A stretch of 64,000 nt of DNA from an uncultured Gammaproteobacteria bacterium (GTDB lineage: Bacteria; Patescibacteriota; Microgenomatia; UBA12405), in NCBI GenBank assembly GCA_964628885.1, contig CAZVMP010000002.1, positions 10,330-74,329 on the forward strand, written 5' to 3'. The position numbers were made by a program, and so were the translations under genes. This document shows, piece by piece, positions 1-8,645 of this stretch. How positions within the stretch are numbered: the stretch's first letter is position 1; each line of letters opens with the position of its first letter. A model generated the notes under the pieces. That model had not been told where the DNA came from, ran no database searches, and saw only the letters and a program-made list of their open reading frames with translations.

Positions 1-744
1 ATAATTTTCACCAATAACCTTAGTTGGCCCAGCCATTAAGATTATATAATTATTTTTTCCTAATCTATTATCTAGTAATTTTGTTGATTTAATTAATAAT
101 TCAATTCCTTTTTGTTTGGCAACTCGACCACAAAAACCAATTAGATACTTTTTTCCTTCAGTTGCTTTTTCTATTTTTTTTATTAAATCATTATTAATTT
201 TACTTTCAAACTTTATTGGCGGGGAAATTTCTTCAACTTTTTTTAAAAAAAGTTTTAGGTAATAAGAATTCTTAGCATAGTCTCGAGTATAGCTAACTAT
301 TTTATCAGCCAAGCTCCCAGCAACTAGTTGACAAGCAAAGACTCCACCATCAATAATTTTATTTTTAATTCCTTTCCAAAAACTTAGGTCAGTATGGTGG
401 CTTAAAATTAATCTTTTTCCCATAATTTTTGCCACCAAGGCTATCCAAACAGATTCTGGTTGTGGTAAATGACAATTTACTATTTGACTATTCTTAATTT
501 CATTTATAGATGAGGTAATTAGTTTTGGATAAATTGGGCCCTTACCAATCTTAAACCAAACTCTTAATCTTTTGATTTTTACTCCGTTAATAACCTCTTC
601 TTTCTTTGTAGTAGTATCATGCCAGCTAGTTAGTATTGTCACCTTATGGCCAAGTTTCACCATTTCCTCAGCTAGTATTTTAATATAAACCGTAATTCCC
701 GAAACATTTGGCAAATAATAAGTAGTTGTTATTAAAATTTTCAC
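1..744 (-). CDS. Glycosyltransferase, GT4-like N-terminal domain (partial; C-terminus lies beyond the window start). GTG start at 744.
   Basis: The reverse-strand translation VKILITTTYYLPNVSGITVYIKILAEEMVKLGHKVTILTSWHD...EEVINGVKIKRLRV matches the GT4 N-terminal Rossmann pattern MKILhv..y.P..GG......La..L...GH.V.v.T. The ORF runs off the window edge. Confidence 0.55.
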   Translation of the reverse strand, partial: MKILITTTYYLPNVSGITVYIKILAEEMVKLGHKVTILTSWHDTTTKKEEVINGVKIKRLRVWFKIGKGPIYPKLITSSINEIKNSQIVNCHLPQPESVWIALVAKIMGKRLILSHHTDLSFWKGIKNKIIDGGVFACQLVAGSLADKIVSYTRDYAKNSYYLKLFLKKVEEISPPIKFESKINNDLIKKIEKATEGKKYLIGFCGRVAKQKGIELLIKSTKLLDNRLGKNNYIILMAGPTKVIGENY

Positions 745-786
745 TAGTTGATTATATCAACCATATTTACAGTTATAATAATAACA

Positions 787-1359
787 ATGAATCTCATTAA
801 ATCAGCTTTATTTTGGCAACCAAAAACTGATTATCTTCCTTGGTTTGAATCAAGTCCTACTCGGAAAAAAGTTCTTATTGTTCTTAATTATATTATTTGG
901 TTATTCTTTTTTTATATTTCTTTTTTATTAATTAAATTGGATTCAAATATTTTTGGGCAAATATTGACTGTCACCATTATTGCTGAAATTATAGAGAGAT
1001 TCTTAAAAAGTAAAATTAATTGGTGTCGTCCTTTATTCAAACGAAAAAATTCAACCCCATTTGGTTTAGTTGATTCTTGGTATAAAACGGGATCTTTTCC
1101 TTCTGGTCACACTATTAAGGCTGTCTATTTTTTATTATTTATTATTCAATATCAGATTTTTTCTCCGGTTATTTTTCTTTTAATTGTCCTTCCTTTATTA
1201 ACCTTCAGGGTTATTATTGGTTTCCATTATCCCGTCGATATTATTGGTGGCGTCTTTGTTGGTATTTTAATTTGGCTTTTAGGTAAAGGAATCATTTTTC
1301 CTTCTTTTTTAAATCAATTTGTTCAAACTGTTTTTAATTTTGTATTTTTTATTAAGTAG
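787..1359 (+). CDS. PAP2-superfamily lipid phosphatase (membrane)
   Basis: All three PAP2 motifs are present in order: KSKINWCRP (Kx6RP), PSGHT, and GFHYPVDIIGG (the SRx5Hx3D-like motif). The protein has multiple TM segments. The ORF track starts at TTG 748. ATG 787 is preferred here. Confidence 0.6.
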   Translation: MNLIKSALFWQPKTDYLPWFESSPTRKKVLIVLNYIIWLFFFYISFLLIKLDSNIFGQILTVTIIAEIIERFLKSKINWCRPLFKRKNSTPFGLVDSWYKTGSFPSGHTIKAVYFLLFIIQYQIFSPVIFLLIVLPLLTFRVIIGFHYPVDIIGGVFVGILIWLLGKGIIFPSFLNQFVQTVFNFVFFIK

Positions 1360-1362
1360 AAG

Positions 1363-3456
1363 ATGTTAACTGATTTTATTTCTATTTTAATTTGGTGGGC
1401 AACCATCTTTTTCCTTGGCCTTTTAACTCTGCCGTTTATCGTCACTATTTTTTCTAAATTTTGGGACAAGGGCTATATTTTTACTAAAACTTTGTCCTTA
1501 ATTACCGTTACCTATCTTTCTTTGATTACCAGTATTTTTAAAATCATTCCTTTTACTCTGTCAGGCTTATTAATCATAATCCTTATATATTTAACTGTTG
1601 TCTTTATTTTTCTAAAATCAAAAAACAATTATCAAAGATTTATTTCAGTTATTAAATCCCATTGTGGTATTTTTATTGCCGAGGAATTAATTTTCTTAGC
1701 CATCTTAATTATTTGGTCTCTAGTTCGTGGTTTTGCCCCTAATATTGAAGGTCTGGAAAAATATATGGATTGGGGATTTATTAATTCTGCTCTTAGAGGA
1801 CGTTTTTTACCCCCAATGGATATGTGGTTTGCTGGGGAAGTCATTAATTATTATTATTTTGGACATCTGATTTTTGCTTTAATTACAAAGGTTTCCCAAT
1901 TAAGTTCTGCTATCACTTATAACTTATCTATTGCTACAGTTTGTTCCCTAACTTTTGTCAGTACTTTTTCTTTAACTTCAAACCTTGTTTATATTTTGCT
2001 TAGAAAAACCAGTTTTAAAAAAGTAATTATTGCCGGCCTCATTTCCTCACTTCTTCTTACCTTTGGTGGTAATTTTCATTCAGTCTTTAAAATCGCTAAA
2101 AACAATTATCTTCAAAATCAAAATAAATTAGTTTTTACTAAAGCAGCTCTCAGTCGGGCTATTTCTAATTATTGGTATCCTGACGCTACCAGATTTATTG
2201 GCCACGATCCCGATATTCAGGACAAAACTATTCATGAATTCCCTATCTACAGTTTTGTTGTTGCTGACCTTCATGGTCATATGAATGATATCTTTATCAT
2301 TATCTTTTTTATGGCTTTTTTGTTTATTTCTTTTTTAAAGCCCCAATCTTTATTTAATTGGAAATTTATATCTTTTTCTGGATTTATCCTTTCAATTTCC
2401 TATATGACTAATGCCTGGGATTTTGCCGTCTATGGCTTACTATTAGCTATTTTTACCTTTATTTATAACTATCATAAAACTGGTTTTGACAGCCTTATTA
2501 AAACTATTAGTAATGGCTTACTTGTCATTGTTTTTTGGTATCTTTTTACTCTTCCTTTTTCCTTAAAATTTATTCCTATGATGGAGGGGGTTCGTTTAGT
2601 CGATAATCATTCTCCTTTTTATCAACTCTTTATTCTTTATGGTGGATTTTGGTTAATTAGTTTCCCTTTTTTGATTAAATTTTTAGTTAATTTTTTTAAA
2701 AAAAATAACTCTAAAATTTCTCCCTCTGATATTTTTGTCTTATCTCTAATTCTGACCGCCACTATCTTAATAATTATTCCCGAAATTATCTATATTAAGG
2801 ATATTTATATCTACGAGCATCGTCGAGCCAATACTATGTTCAAACTAGTTTATCAGGCCTTTATTATCTATTCACTTGTTTCTGGATATATTTTTATTCG
2901 TCTTCCTCAAATTGTTAAATCAAAAACCATTACTATTTTTTACAAAATTATTTTTTCTTTTGTTTTTATTACCCACCTGATCTACCCATATTTTGCTATT
3001 AAATCATATTATAATAATTTCGAAACTTATCGAGGTTTGGATGGTTTGAAATATCTCCAAGAGCTTTACCCAGATAATTACCAAGCAATTTTATGGATAA
3101 ATAAAAATATTTCTGGTCAACCTGTAATGCTGGAAGCGGTTGGGGATAGTTACACTACCTTTAATCATGTTTCTTCTGCTACTGGTTTGCCAACAGTTCA
3201 GGGTTGGGTAGTTCACGAATGGCTTTGGCGAGGTGGTTATGATGCTCCTGCTGCCAGGCAATTAGATGTTAACACTATTTATTCTTCGTCGGATATTGAT
3301 GATATTAAAAATTTGATATCAAAATATCAAATTAAATACATTTTTATTGGTGATAAAGAATATGAAGAATATTCCGAACTTAGTCTTGAAAAGTTTACAG
3401 ATCTTGATGCCAAGATTGTTTTTCAATCTGGTAAAACCATAATTTACCAACTATAG
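1363..3456 (+). CDS. Large polytopic membrane protein, DUF2298 / Chlor_Arch_YYY-type (putative GT-C-like glycosyl/lipid-linked transferase)
   Basis: A 697-aa protein with more than 12 predicted TM helices followed by a soluble C-terminal domain. It carries the signature YYYFGH motif (EVINYYYFGHLIFA) of the YYY family. Confidence 0.5.
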   Translation: MLTDFISILIWWATIFFLGLLTLPFIVTIFSKFWDKGYIFTKTLSLITVTYLSLITSIFKIIPFTLSGLLIIILIYLTVVFIFLKSKNNYQRFISVIKSHCGIFIAEELIFLAILIIWSLVRGFAPNIEGLEKYMDWGFINSALRGRFLPPMDMWFAGEVINYYYFGHLIFALITKVSQLSSAITYNLSIATVCSLTFVSTFSLTSNLVYILLRKTSFKKVIIAGLISSLLLTFGGNFHSVFKIAKNNYLQNQNKLVFTKAALSRAISNYWYPDATRFIGHDPDIQDKTIHEFPIYSFVVADLHGHMNDIFIIIFFMAFLFISFLKPQSLFNWKFISFSGFILSISYMTNAWDFAVYGLLLAIFTFIYNYHKTGFDSLIKTISNGLLVIVFWYLFTLPFSLKFIPMMEGVRLVDNHSPFYQLFILYGGFWLISFPFLIKFLVNFFKKNNSKISPSDIFVLSLILTATILIIIPEIIYIKDIYIYEHRRANTMFKLVYQAFIIYSLVSGYIFIRLPQIVKSKTITIFYKIIFSFVFITHLIYPYFAIKSYYNNFETYRGLDGLKYLQELYPDNYQAILWINKNISGQPVMLEAVGDSYTTFNHVSSATGLPTVQGWVVHEWLWRGGYDAPAARQLDVNTIYSSSDIDDIKNLISKYQIKYIFIGDKEYEEYSELSLEKFTDLDAKIVFQSGKTIIYQL

Positions 3457-3465
3457 TAAATCTAC

Positions 3466-5352
3466 ATGTCCGATATCTTATCAGGTCTTAATCCTCAGCA
3501 ACAGCAAGCCGTTACTTATATTGGCTCCCCTCTATTGTTATTGGCTGGGGCTGGTTCTGGTAAAACTCGAGTTTTGACTCATCGAGCCGCCTATTTTGTT
3601 GATCAAAAGATTGCCTCTCCTGATCAAATTGTTCTATTAACTTTTACTAATAAAGCCGCTGGAGAAATGAAAAATCGTCTCCAAAAACTTATTTCCACAA
3701 CCCATAAATCACCAAACTTATTTGCCGGGACTTTTCATTCCTTTTGTTGTCAGATTTTGCGTCGTGATGGTCTTCGGATAGGGATTAATCCTCAGTTTAT
3801 TATCTACGATACCTCAGATCAGGAAAATGTTATTAAATCATCACTCCTTGATCTTAATCTTAACCCTAAAGAATTTAAGTCTTCTAGTCTTCTTTATTTC
3901 ATTGAGTCTGCCAAGAATTCTTTTCAAACCCCCTCTGATGCCGCTTCTCAAGCCCATGGATTTTGGCAGGAATACGCCAGCAAAGTTTATCGTCTCTATC
4001 AAAAAAAAATGGAGGAATATCAAGCTCTAGATTTTGATGATCTTTTATTCAAAACTGTTAGTCTGTTTACAGAACACCCTAAAGTTTTAGAAAAATATCA
4101 AGACATATACCGCTTTATTCTAGTTGATGAATATCAGGATACTAATCAAATTCAGTATCTATTAACCAAGCTTTTAGCCCAAAAATATCACCATCTAACC
4201 GTTGTTGGTGATGCCTCCCAAGCCATTTATGGTTGGCGCGGAGCTAATTTTAAAAATCTTATGAACTTAACTGTCGACTTTAAGGATACTAAGACTATTA
4301 ATTTAGAGCAAAATTATCGTTCCACTCAAATAATTCTTAATGCCGCTAATTCTGTTATTTCTAAAAACATTTCTCATCCGATTTTAAAACTTTTTACCCA
4401 AAAACAGTCGCAGGATAAGATTAAGTTATATGAGGCTCCTTCTGAAATTGCTGAAGCCGAATTCATTGCCCAAAAAATAAAATTTATTCAGACTAATCAG
4501 CAGATTCCTTTAAGAAATATTGCCGTTCTTTATCGTATGAACGCCCAATCCCGAGTGATTGAGGAGGCCTTTTTAAAATATAGTCTTCCTTATGTTCTTA
4601 TTGGTGGCACCAGATTCTATGAAAGAGCTGAAATCAAAGATCTGTTGGCTATGATTCGTTTTGCTACCAATCGTCATGATCAAATTTCTCTTGATAGGTT
4701 AACCAAGGTTTTTGGTAAACGCCGTTTCTCTGTTTTTATGACTCATCTTAATAATCTTGATATTACTTCTCTAACTTCACTTCAAATTATAGAGTCTCTT
4801 ATTACTGGCTCCGGTTATCTTGACCGTTATGATTCTAAAGATGAGGATGATCAAAGAAAGATAGAAAATATTAAAGAATTAAAATCTGTTGCTACTACCT
4901 TTCCTAAAATCAGTCAATTTTTAGAAAATGTTGCCTTAGTTCAGCAGGAATATTCTCTTCAGGAAAAAAATAAAAAGAAAGAAAATCGTGATGGGGTTAG
5001 ACTAATGACTCTTCATGGGGCTAAGGGTTTAGAATTTGAAGTTGTTTTTATAGTTGGCTTTGAAGAGGGGATTCTACCCCACTCTCGTTGTTTAATTGAT
5101 GAATCTGAAGTTGAAGAAGAGCGTCGCCTTTGTTATGTTGGGATTACCCGAGCCAAAGATTATTTATATCTTTCTTATGCCAGTCAGCGCCTTTATTTTG
5201 GTAAAAGTAGTCTTAATGAACCTAGTCGTTTTTTAGCCGACATTCCAAATGATTTGGTAGAATTAGACGAACCTCAGGAAATCATTAGGGATTATCGTCA
5301 TCGTCACAAATCCTCTGATGATGACCTTATTTATGACCCCGATATTTATTAA
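3466..5352 (+). CDS. UvrD/PcrA/Rep-family ATP-dependent DNA helicase (short form)
   Basis: Walker A GAGSGKTRVLTHR, a TFTNKAAGEM motif, DEYQDTN (motif II), and a C-terminal VTLHGAKGLEF...VGITRAK helicase motif VI region. Confidence 0.85.
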   Translation: MSDILSGLNPQQQQAVTYIGSPLLLLAGAGSGKTRVLTHRAAYFVDQKIASPDQIVLLTFTNKAAGEMKNRLQKLISTTHKSPNLFAGTFHSFCCQILRRDGLRIGINPQFIIYDTSDQENVIKSSLLDLNLNPKEFKSSSLLYFIESAKNSFQTPSDAASQAHGFWQEYASKVYRLYQKKMEEYQALDFDDLLFKTVSLFTEHPKVLEKYQDIYRFILVDEYQDTNQIQYLLTKLLAQKYHHLTVVGDASQAIYGWRGANFKNLMNLTVDFKDTKTINLEQNYRSTQIILNAANSVISKNISHPILKLFTQKQSQDKIKLYEAPSEIAEAEFIAQKIKFIQTNQQIPLRNIAVLYRMNAQSRVIEEAFLKYSLPYVLIGGTRFYERAEIKDLLAMIRFATNRHDQISLDRLTKVFGKRRFSVFMTHLNNLDITSLTSLQIIESLITGSGYLDRYDSKDEDDQRKIENIKELKSVATTFPKISQFLENVALVQQEYSLQEKNKKKENRDGVRLMTLHGAKGLEFEVVFIVGFEEGILPHSRCLIDESEVEEERRLCYVGITRAKDYLYLSYASQRLYFGKSSLNEPSRFLADIPNDLVELDEPQEIIRDYRHRHKSSDDDLIYDPDIY

Positions 5353-5353
5353 T

Positions 5354-6361
5354 ATGACCACCAGACTTTTAACCAATAAGGATAAAACAAAATATAATTC
5401 TGTTATTAAGCACCCCGTCCAAACTTGGGAATGGGGGGAATTCCAACAGAGTCAAGGACACCAGGTTTTTAGATTTGGTGTTTTTGATAATAATAAGCTT
5501 ATCTCTGCTTTCACCATTAGTTTCCATAAAATTCCCAAAACTAATCTTTCTGTCGGAACCATTTTACGCGGTCCAAAAATTGACGAAGACATTCTTCAGG
5601 TTATTAAAAAAGTTGCCTTAAAACAAAATGCCATTTTTGTTAAATTAGAGCCAGATGTTGCCAAGACCCAAGCTTCTATGCAGTTTCCCATGTTAGTCCC
5701 TTCTCCTAAAGTTGCTTTTTATCCTCACACTTTTATTATTGATACTAATAAAACCGAAGACCAGCTTATTGCTAAACTTCATCCCAAGACTAGGTATAAT
5801 ATCAAAGTTGCCAATCGTCATGGAGTTGAAGTTAAAAGATTAACTACCGATAAGGGTTTTGAAATTTATCTTAAATTATTACTTAGTACCACTAAACGTC
5901 AAGGGTTTTATCTTCATACCGCTAAATATCACCGGGATTTATGGAAAATACTTAAAAATACCGATATTCCTCATATTATCTTAGCTTCATATCAAGGCCA
6001 AGTATTATCGGCATTTATGCTTTTTAAATTTAAAGATCAGTTATTTTATCCTTATGGAGCCTCTTTAGATATTAATCGTCAAGTTATGGCTCCAACCCTT
6101 CTTATGTGGGAGGCTATTAAATTAGCAAAAAAACTTAATTGTCATACTTTTGATATGTGGGGTTGTCTTGGTCCTGATGCCAAAGAAGGCCAAAATGGCT
6201 TTGGTTTTCATCGATTTAAACAAGGTTTTGGAGGTGAACTTTTTGAATATCTTGGAACCTATGACCTTGTTATTAATCCTTTTTTGTATTATTTATATAA
6301 TTTAGTCGATAAATTACGCTGGCGCTTACTTAGAATTAAGGCCAGGATTACCAAAAGGTAA
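5354..6361 (+). CDS. FemAB-family aminoacyl-tRNA-dependent peptidoglycan interpeptide-bridge transferase
   Basis: KTRYNIKVANRHGVEV, FYLHTAKYHRDLW and FMLFKFKDQLFYPYGAS resemble FemX/FemA-family motifs. The ORF track starts at 5318, overlapping the helicase. ATG 5354 lies 2 nt after the helicase stop. Confidence 0.6.
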   Translation: MTTRLLTNKDKTKYNSVIKHPVQTWEWGEFQQSQGHQVFRFGVFDNNKLISAFTISFHKIPKTNLSVGTILRGPKIDEDILQVIKKVALKQNAIFVKLEPDVAKTQASMQFPMLVPSPKVAFYPHTFIIDTNKTEDQLIAKLHPKTRYNIKVANRHGVEVKRLTTDKGFEIYLKLLLSTTKRQGFYLHTAKYHRDLWKILKNTDIPHIILASYQGQVLSAFMLFKFKDQLFYPYGASLDINRQVMAPTLLMWEAIKLAKKLNCHTFDMWGCLGPDAKEGQNGFGFHRFKQGFGGELFEYLGTYDLVINPFLYYLYNLVDKLRWRLLRIKARITKR

Positions 6362-6395
6362 AATTTCCCAATTCTTGTATTTTTTTACAAAAAAA

Positions 6396-6437
6396 AGGAT
6401 GGGTTGTTTACGAGTGTAACTCGAACTTTCCCATCCT
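6396..6437. terminator. Bidirectional stem-loop terminator between convergent femAB-like and LemA genes
   Basis: AGGATGGG (6396-6403) pairs with CCCATCCT (6430-6437), with an inner CGAGTgtaaACTCG hairpin. The structure is flanked by T/A runs. Confidence 0.5.
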
Positions 6438-6449
6438 AAGATAATATAA

Positions 6450-7133
6450 CTAGTTTAATTTTGGTAGTGTTACCACTTCATCAACATTTGGAGATCCGTA
6501 AGTCAACGATTCCGGTAAATCCCTAACACCAAGTGCTTTGGCTACTCGAGCCACCACATCGCCGGAGGCTTTTGTTCTTTCCGTGTTGTAATCTTCTACC
6601 GCCTTATACCAATCGCTTAAGCTGGCCATTATTTCGTTATATGCTTCATTAACATAACGATTGGTCTCTTTTAAGGATTCAACATCTAGCGACTGTATTG
6701 GCGCTTCAGTTAAAGTCACTGCATAGTTATTAACAGTGATTGCCATGTCCGCTGGGGTAGCTTTAGATTCAACCAACTTACTCAAGTCAATCTTACTAGG
6801 ATCAAGGATATTTCCTTTTTCATCAGTATATTGTGCATTTTGATTTGACAACTTAACTCCAAAATCTGCCAACGATTCTCGGTATACTTTCGTTTTTTCT
6901 ACGTCTGCTTGTAAGTACTTATTGTAGATGTCCAAGTAATTTTGGATTTTGTTAAACCCAAGCATAATTGTCGTTCGACTTTTTGCCGCCGCTTTTTGTG
7001 CTTGTTGGTATACAGAAATCAGTCGATCGTATTGACTTACCACCGAACCGCACCCGCTAAAGGTTAACACTATTACCAACAACAAGATTAATCCCAACAA
7101 CCTTTTTTTCATTAAAAATTCCTCTCTTTCCAA
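6450..7133 (-). CDS. LemA-family lipoprotein
   Basis: Signal peptide plus lipobox (LTFSGC). The C-terminal YNTERTKASGDVVARVAKALGVRDLP matches the LemA C-terminal consensus. It overlaps the upstream TPM gene by 22 nt. Confidence 0.55.
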   Translation of the reverse strand: MEREEFLMKKRLLGLILLLVIVLTFSGCGSVVSQYDRLISVYQQAQKAAAKSRTTIMLGFNKIQNYLDIYNKYLQADVEKTKVYRESLADFGVKLSNQNAQYTDEKGNILDPSKIDLSKLVESKATPADMAITVNNYAVTLTEAPIQSLDVESLKETNRYVNEAYNEIMASLSDWYKAVEDYNTERTKASGDVVARVAKALGVRDLPESLTYGSPNVDEVVTLPKLN

Positions 7134-7648
7134 ATTCTTCTTAAGATTTCATCAGTATTCCTTACAATTGAGTCAATTGCTCCATCAAAATCGTTTTCAT
7201 TAGCATAATTTGCCGCCTCTTCTAACATTGGTCCATAGTCTCCTGGAGTTAACCAAGTTAAGTGTGTTGAAATTTCAATTGTAACTCGGTTGTTTTCAGG
7301 TTTAACATCAGGTCTAATCAACCAAACAATCGCTCTTTGATTTTCAGTATCTCCAAGCTTAACTTTTCGACCCCAATTCATTGCCCAAATTTTTTCATCA
7401 TCAAGTGGGCCGTTGTTTATAATGCCTTTTTGAATAATTATTGCAACTTCTGCAATTTTATCTTCTTTTAATTTTTGAAGAACCCTGTCAGCATTCAAAA
7501 CAACTTTCTGACTTAAGAGACCGTTTTGGTCAACAACCCAATATTTACCAATAGCAGGGAATTCTGGCTGTGTTTTTTTTGTTGTCGTACACGAACTGGT
7601 TGCTATCATTATTATCAAAAAAAGGGTTAAAAGTATTTTTTTATTCAT
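7112..7648 (-). CDS. TPM-domain (TLP18.3/Psb32/MOLO-1-type) lipoprotein
   Basis: Signal peptide plus lipobox (ATSSC). The GKYWVVDQNGLLSQ...AEVAIIIQKGI...WGRKVKLGDTENQRAIVWLIRPD...RVTIEISTHLTWLTPGDYG pattern matches the TPM phosphatase-domain consensus. The LemA/TPM pairing is a known module. Confidence 0.55.
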   Translation of the reverse strand: MNKKILLTLFLIIMIATSSCTTTKKTQPEFPAIGKYWVVDQNGLLSQKVVLNADRVLQKLKEDKIAEVAIIIQKGIINNGPLDDEKIWAMNWGRKVKLGDTENQRAIVWLIRPDVKPENNRVTIEISTHLTWLTPGDYGPMLEEAANYANENDFDGAIDSIVRNTDEILRRIWKERNF

Positions 7649-8639
7649 TCTTTTTTACACTTCCTTCATTAGGTTTAGCAACTAATTTAACAATTCGGTA
7701 ACCTTTTTCTGAACAACCAGCTCTTCCTCCACCAGCACAAGCACAAGCGCAAGCACAACTAGAGACACAACTTGATCCTCGGCCAGAAAAGCTTCCGCTT
7801 CCTCCTCCCGATTTTAAACTACCTCCAGATGAACCACCAATGAACCGACCTCCGCCATATCCACCGCCTCCACTACTTCCGCCACCTGAGCCTCCTCCAC
7901 CAGAAAAGTTGTAAATTAACATAATAACTAGGAGAAATAATATCGAGATGATCATAATTGCTACGATTATAATTATTAAGATATCGGCAAGACTTTTCTC
8001 TTCTTTTTGGAGCATTTCTTCATCATCTATTGAGAAATAGTCACCACCCATCGTAATTGTAATCGCCTTGGCTTTTTGGTTTTCTTTTAGATTTTCTGTT
8101 AAGAAAATCAATTGTCCTGGAGTCTTTTGTTCCAGTTCTGGTTCAACTTTTATAAGTACTATCTCTCCAGGGTTTACCCTTACCCATAATTTTTCGATCT
8201 GGGCAAAATCAAACCAACCAGGAACAAACTTAAATCCATATCCCTCATCCGTTTTATATATCATCCTCTTTTGAAGAATTGAGAAATTAAAACGGAAACG
8301 GTCTCCTTTTAAAGGAAGGTTGATAAAGTTTAATTGAACCTGTGATGTCGATGAAGTAATTGCTTTCGTGTCGCTAATTAATTCTTTTGGTTCATAACTA
8401 ACAATCTCAAAGTTTCTATTTGGAACCCCAACTTGCAAATAAGCCTTCCCGCGTGGAAAGTCAGTTACTGCTTCATAATCAAACTCATAGTTAATTAACA
8501 ATGAGCCATCTTTTTGAGGTTCGATCGAGACGGTATAGCTATGTATCACGTCAGGAGGTGTTGCCGACTGCCCTCCAAGTACCGGTAAGATTAATAATCC
8601 TATTAATAAGACTATTAAAACTAGTAAATTCTTTTTCAT
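7641..8639 (-). CDS. DUF2207-like single-pass membrane protein with a Gly-rich and (Cys-Ala)n cytoplasmic C-terminal tail
   Basis: Signal peptide, then an N-terminal extracytoplasmic domain (YTVSIEPQKDGSLLINYEFDYEAV, DUF2207-like), then a TM helix (ILIIIIVAIMIISILFLLVIMLIY). The tail reads SGGGGSGGGSSGGGGYGGGRF...GRGSSCVSSCACACACAGGGRAGC. The start lies 6 nt after the rSAM stop. Confidence 0.5.
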   Translation of the reverse strand: MKKNLLVLIVLLIGLLILPVLGGQSATPPDVIHSYTVSIEPQKDGSLLINYEFDYEAVTDFPRGKAYLQVGVPNRNFEIVSYEPKELISDTKAITSSTSQVQLNFINLPLKGDRFRFNFSILQKRMIYKTDEGYGFKFVPGWFDFAQIEKLWVRVNPGEIVLIKVEPELEQKTPGQLIFLTENLKENQKAKAITITMGGDYFSIDDEEMLQKEEKSLADILIIIIVAIMIISILFLLVIMLIYNFSGGGGSGGGSSGGGGYGGGRFIGGSSGGSLKSGGGSGSFSGRGSSCVSSCACACACAGGGRAGCSEKGYRIVKLVAKPNEGSVKKNE

Positions 8640-8645
8640 TTATAG

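Noticed and set aside
748-786. TTG start for the PAP2 gene at 748 (ORF track) and TTG starts at 23503 and 46458
   Set aside because: In-frame ATGs a few codons downstream (787, 23518, 46461) have better context. The 23518 ATG has a GGAGGA RBS. The TTG positions probably reflect permissive start calling in the ORF track.
1632-1844. Short antisense or nested ORFs inside long genes. Examples: 1632-1844(-), 3827-4030(+/-), 8068-8274, 8501-8860, 9304-9782, 11069-11332, 12099-12418, 21624-21915, 22724-22973, 24726-25041, 25219-25548, 29762-30145, 34757-35396, 40360-41653, 47860-48910, 49547-50206, 52414-53383, 61056-61750, 62420-62798, 63336-63539
   Set aside because: All lie within or antisense to strongly supported conserved CDSs. 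They have low-complexity or codon-mirror composition and no RBS. They are typical spurious ORFs of AT-rich DNA.
7730-7930. Gly/Cys-coding repetitive DNA considered as a CRISPR array or other non-coding repeat
   Set aside because: The repeats are short (5-6 nt), in-frame, and lie inside a continuous ORF with upstream domain similarity. They are not a repeat-spacer architecture.
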